In this document: positions 62,183 through 64,000 of the stretch, piece after piece
How the letters are laid out: every line of letters begins with the position of its first letter
Numbering within the stretch: position 1 is the stretch's first letter
DNA from: Alphaproteobacteria bacterium
GTDB taxonomy: Bacteria > Pseudomonadota > Alphaproteobacteria > SHVV01
Assembly: GCA_965261735.1 (NCBI GenBank)
Contig: OZ253470.1
Span: forward strand, 4,480,001 to 4,544,000
Direction of reading: 5' to 3'
Length of the DNA: 64,000 nt
The notes under the pieces: model-generated
Seen by the model: only the letters and a program-made list of their open reading frames with translations
Databases searched by the model: none
Told to the model about the DNA's origin: nothing
Position numbers and translations under genes: made by a program

Positions 62183-63355
62183 TCACCGATGTTGAGTTAG
62201 CGCCCCGATACCGAAGTCCCTCGACTCGCCGAATCCCTGGGCACTACCTACGGCGCTCTTACGTTTGTCGCGCATGATGCGCCTGAACCGCTCGGCCGCG
62301 CCCGAGGTTTTCGGCAACGGCGGCATGAGTACTGCTTTCTTCGGCGATGGCACCTCAGCCAATTGCGCTCGGCGCACGCACTTGAACGATATCAGGCGCT
62401 GCGCACTTTCGTCCCAGAGCGCGAGACGGAGGCAGGAAAGGCTGTCACGAAGACCGATGCGGTTGAGGGTTTGGAGCGCGGGGATATCGGACAGACAGGC
62501 CCGGAGACGATAGTCGGGAATGCGGCAAGACAGGTGATGGATATGGTGGATGCCGATGTCGCCGGAAAACCAGCGTAGCGATTGCGGCAGGTCGTAGAAA
62601 CTGCTGGCCATCGCCGAGGCTTCATGAAGGTCCCAGCTGTCTTCCTTACGCCAGTAAGTGTATTCGAACTGGTGCTGGATATAGAACAACCAGACGCCAG
62701 CGATGCCGGAAAGAAGGACGATGGGGGCCAGGACCATCAGCACCTCGAGAATTCCGACGCTCAAGCCGAGGCCCGTCAGTACCCCTGCAATGCACAGGTT
62801 GGTGCCCAATACGCTGATCAACACCGTGGGATGGCGATGGATCATGTCCACGGGAAGGCGGTATTTGATGACGAATAGGTAGATCGGCCCAATCCCCAGC
62901 ATCACGGCGGGGTTGCGGTAAGTGCGGTAGGCGAGACGTTTCCAACCTGACAAGGCGGTGTATTCGGCCACGGTGAGGAGCCTAACGTCGCCGATTCCCC
63001 GTTTCTGCAGATTGCCACTGGTGGCGTGATGGATGTTGTGGGCCCGGCGCCAGTAGTCGTACGGGATCAGGGTGATGATCCCGATCAGGGTGCCCAACAC
63101 GTCGTTAAGACGGGGGAAATGAAAGAACGAGCGGTGGCCGCAATCGTGCTGGATGATGAAGATGCGCACCAGGAAGCCGGCGGCCAGCGGCGCGAGCGCA
63201 AGCGCCATCCAGTAGGACACGTCGATGACAACGTGTATCGTCGCGCAGGTGGCTAAGAAACCGCCGAGCGAGGTCGTGAGCTGGGACAGGCTCTCGCGCA
63301 GTATGGGTGCCTGAAAGTGCGCCACCTCGCGGCGGAGGCTCGTTTGCCCGGTCAT
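62183..63355 (-). CDS. Membrane fatty-acid desaturase
   Basis: Three His boxes HDCGH, HNIHH and HHIHH; WLFYIQHQFE. Confidence 0.9.
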   Translation of the reverse strand: MTGQTSLRREVAHFQAPILRESLSQLTTSLGGFLATCATIHVVIDVSYWMALALAPLAAGFLVRIFIIQHDCGHRSFFHFPRLNDVLGTLIGIITLIPYDYWRRAHNIHHATSGNLQKRGIGDVRLLTVAEYTALSGWKRLAYRTYRNPAVMLGIGPIYLFVIKYRLPVDMIHRHPTVLISVLGTNLCIAGVLTGLGLSVGILEVLMVLAPIVLLSGIAGVWLFYIQHQFEYTYWRKEDSWDLHEASAMASSFYDLPQSLRWFSGDIGIHHIHHLSCRIPDYRLRACLSDIPALQTLNRIGLRDSLSCLRLALWDESAQRLISFKCVRRAQLAEVPSPKKAVLMPPLPKTSGAAERFRRIMRDKRKSAVGSAQGFGESRDFGIGALTQHR

Positions 63356-63459
63356 GGGCACCCTCTCAAGTGCACAGACTCAGTCGAATGGTGCACCAGG
63401 ATACCTTGCGTACCAAGGCGTTGAGACCTGATCGGATGAATCGTCCGTCTGCATCACGT

Positions 63460-63615
63460 TCAAGTTTGTCGCACGGTAATCAGGCCGCAGCGCCGGCATT
63501 GGATCTCCTCGACGCTGCCTCTGGTGCCAAATCCGAAGGTCACTTTGACAATCCGAAAGTCATGAAAACCCAGCGGACAGAGGAGCCACCCAAGAAGCGT
63601 TTGAATGTTGCTCAC
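63460..63615 (-). CDS. Small C-x4-H...CxxC zinc-finger protein (DUF1660-like)
   Basis: GGAG RBS before GTG; LLCPLGFHDF...QCRRCG. Confidence 0.55.
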   Translation of the reverse strand: MSNIQTLLGWLLCPLGFHDFRIVKVTFGFGTRGSVEEIQCRRCGLITVRQT

Positions 63616-63658
63616 GATCTCCGCTAGCAAGGGCGTCGACCCGCTCGTAAGTGGGCGG

Positions 63659-63910
63659 TCAACTCCACTTGGAGCCATTCCTGGCTACGACCTCTTGGCA
63701 GCGTTTGCATAAACGATTGCCCATGTGCGAACTCCAGAATTTCCTATGGCCGCGGCATATTGGCCCCAGGCAAGGACGGAGTTTGAGGTCTTCAACCACG
63801 GCGGGTTTTGAGCGTTCGGACCCAGTGGCGCCTTTCAAGAGTCGCGCGTCCGCCACTAACACCCTCCTCGGTAGATTCTGTTTTTTTACCGGCCGCGGTT
63901 GCACTAGCAC
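63659..63910 (-). CDS. Small Cys4 zinc-finger hypothetical protein
   Basis: RPCLGPIC...F.SSHMGNRLCKRC; start uncertain. Confidence 0.45.
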   Translation of the reverse strand: MLVQPRPVKKQNLPRRVLVADARLLKGATGSERSKPAVVEDLKLRPCLGPICRGHRKFWSSHMGNRLCKRCQEVVARNGSKWS

Positions 63911-64000
63911 ACTAAGGCAAAACCGGTGCTACGGGGAGTTCTTCAGCGGGCCCTATGTCGAGTCTACTGAAGTTCTTGGGCGGAGCCGCGGTCTTTCTTT

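Overview
GC-rich bacterial DNA that looks alphaproteobacterial. The host or lifestyle cannot be fixed from sequence alone, although the IS load and gene decay would fit a host-associated lineage. The left half (1-31 kb) is a decaying mobile-element and defence region. It holds intact or broken IS1182, IS66, IS110, IS1380, IS1595, ISKra4, IS3 and IS21 elements, a truncated ParB and an intact DUF3489-DUF2924-large serine recombinase module between tRNA-3'-like sites. It also holds a NYN nuclease, a secreted HNH/excalibur nuclease, and a Dsr1-type SIR2 anti-phage gene broken by a frameshift and a nested IS3::IS21 insertion. The right half (31-64 kb) is mostly intact uptake and catabolism: SDR, PhyH dioxygenase, Liv-type ABC, BisC/TorZ-like molybdoenzyme, arylformamidase-like hydrolase and RidA. 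These are followed by a nucleoside-type ABC importer with a three-subunit hydantoinase/carboxylase-family enzyme and a D-carbamoylase; IS630, two IS256 copies and an IS1595 are interspersed. The window ends with a cytochrome P460-family protein carrying Cys-rich NPC repeats, a fatty-acid desaturase and two small Cys-rich ORFs. Best leads: the NPC-repeat cytochrome, a covarying DnaA-box hairpin shared by three unrelated IS families, the mini serine-recombinase element with a phased AACAGGGAA array, and the hydantoinase cluster. No CRISPR array, rRNA or complete tRNA was seen. All family calls are by eye, from motif recognition, with no database search.
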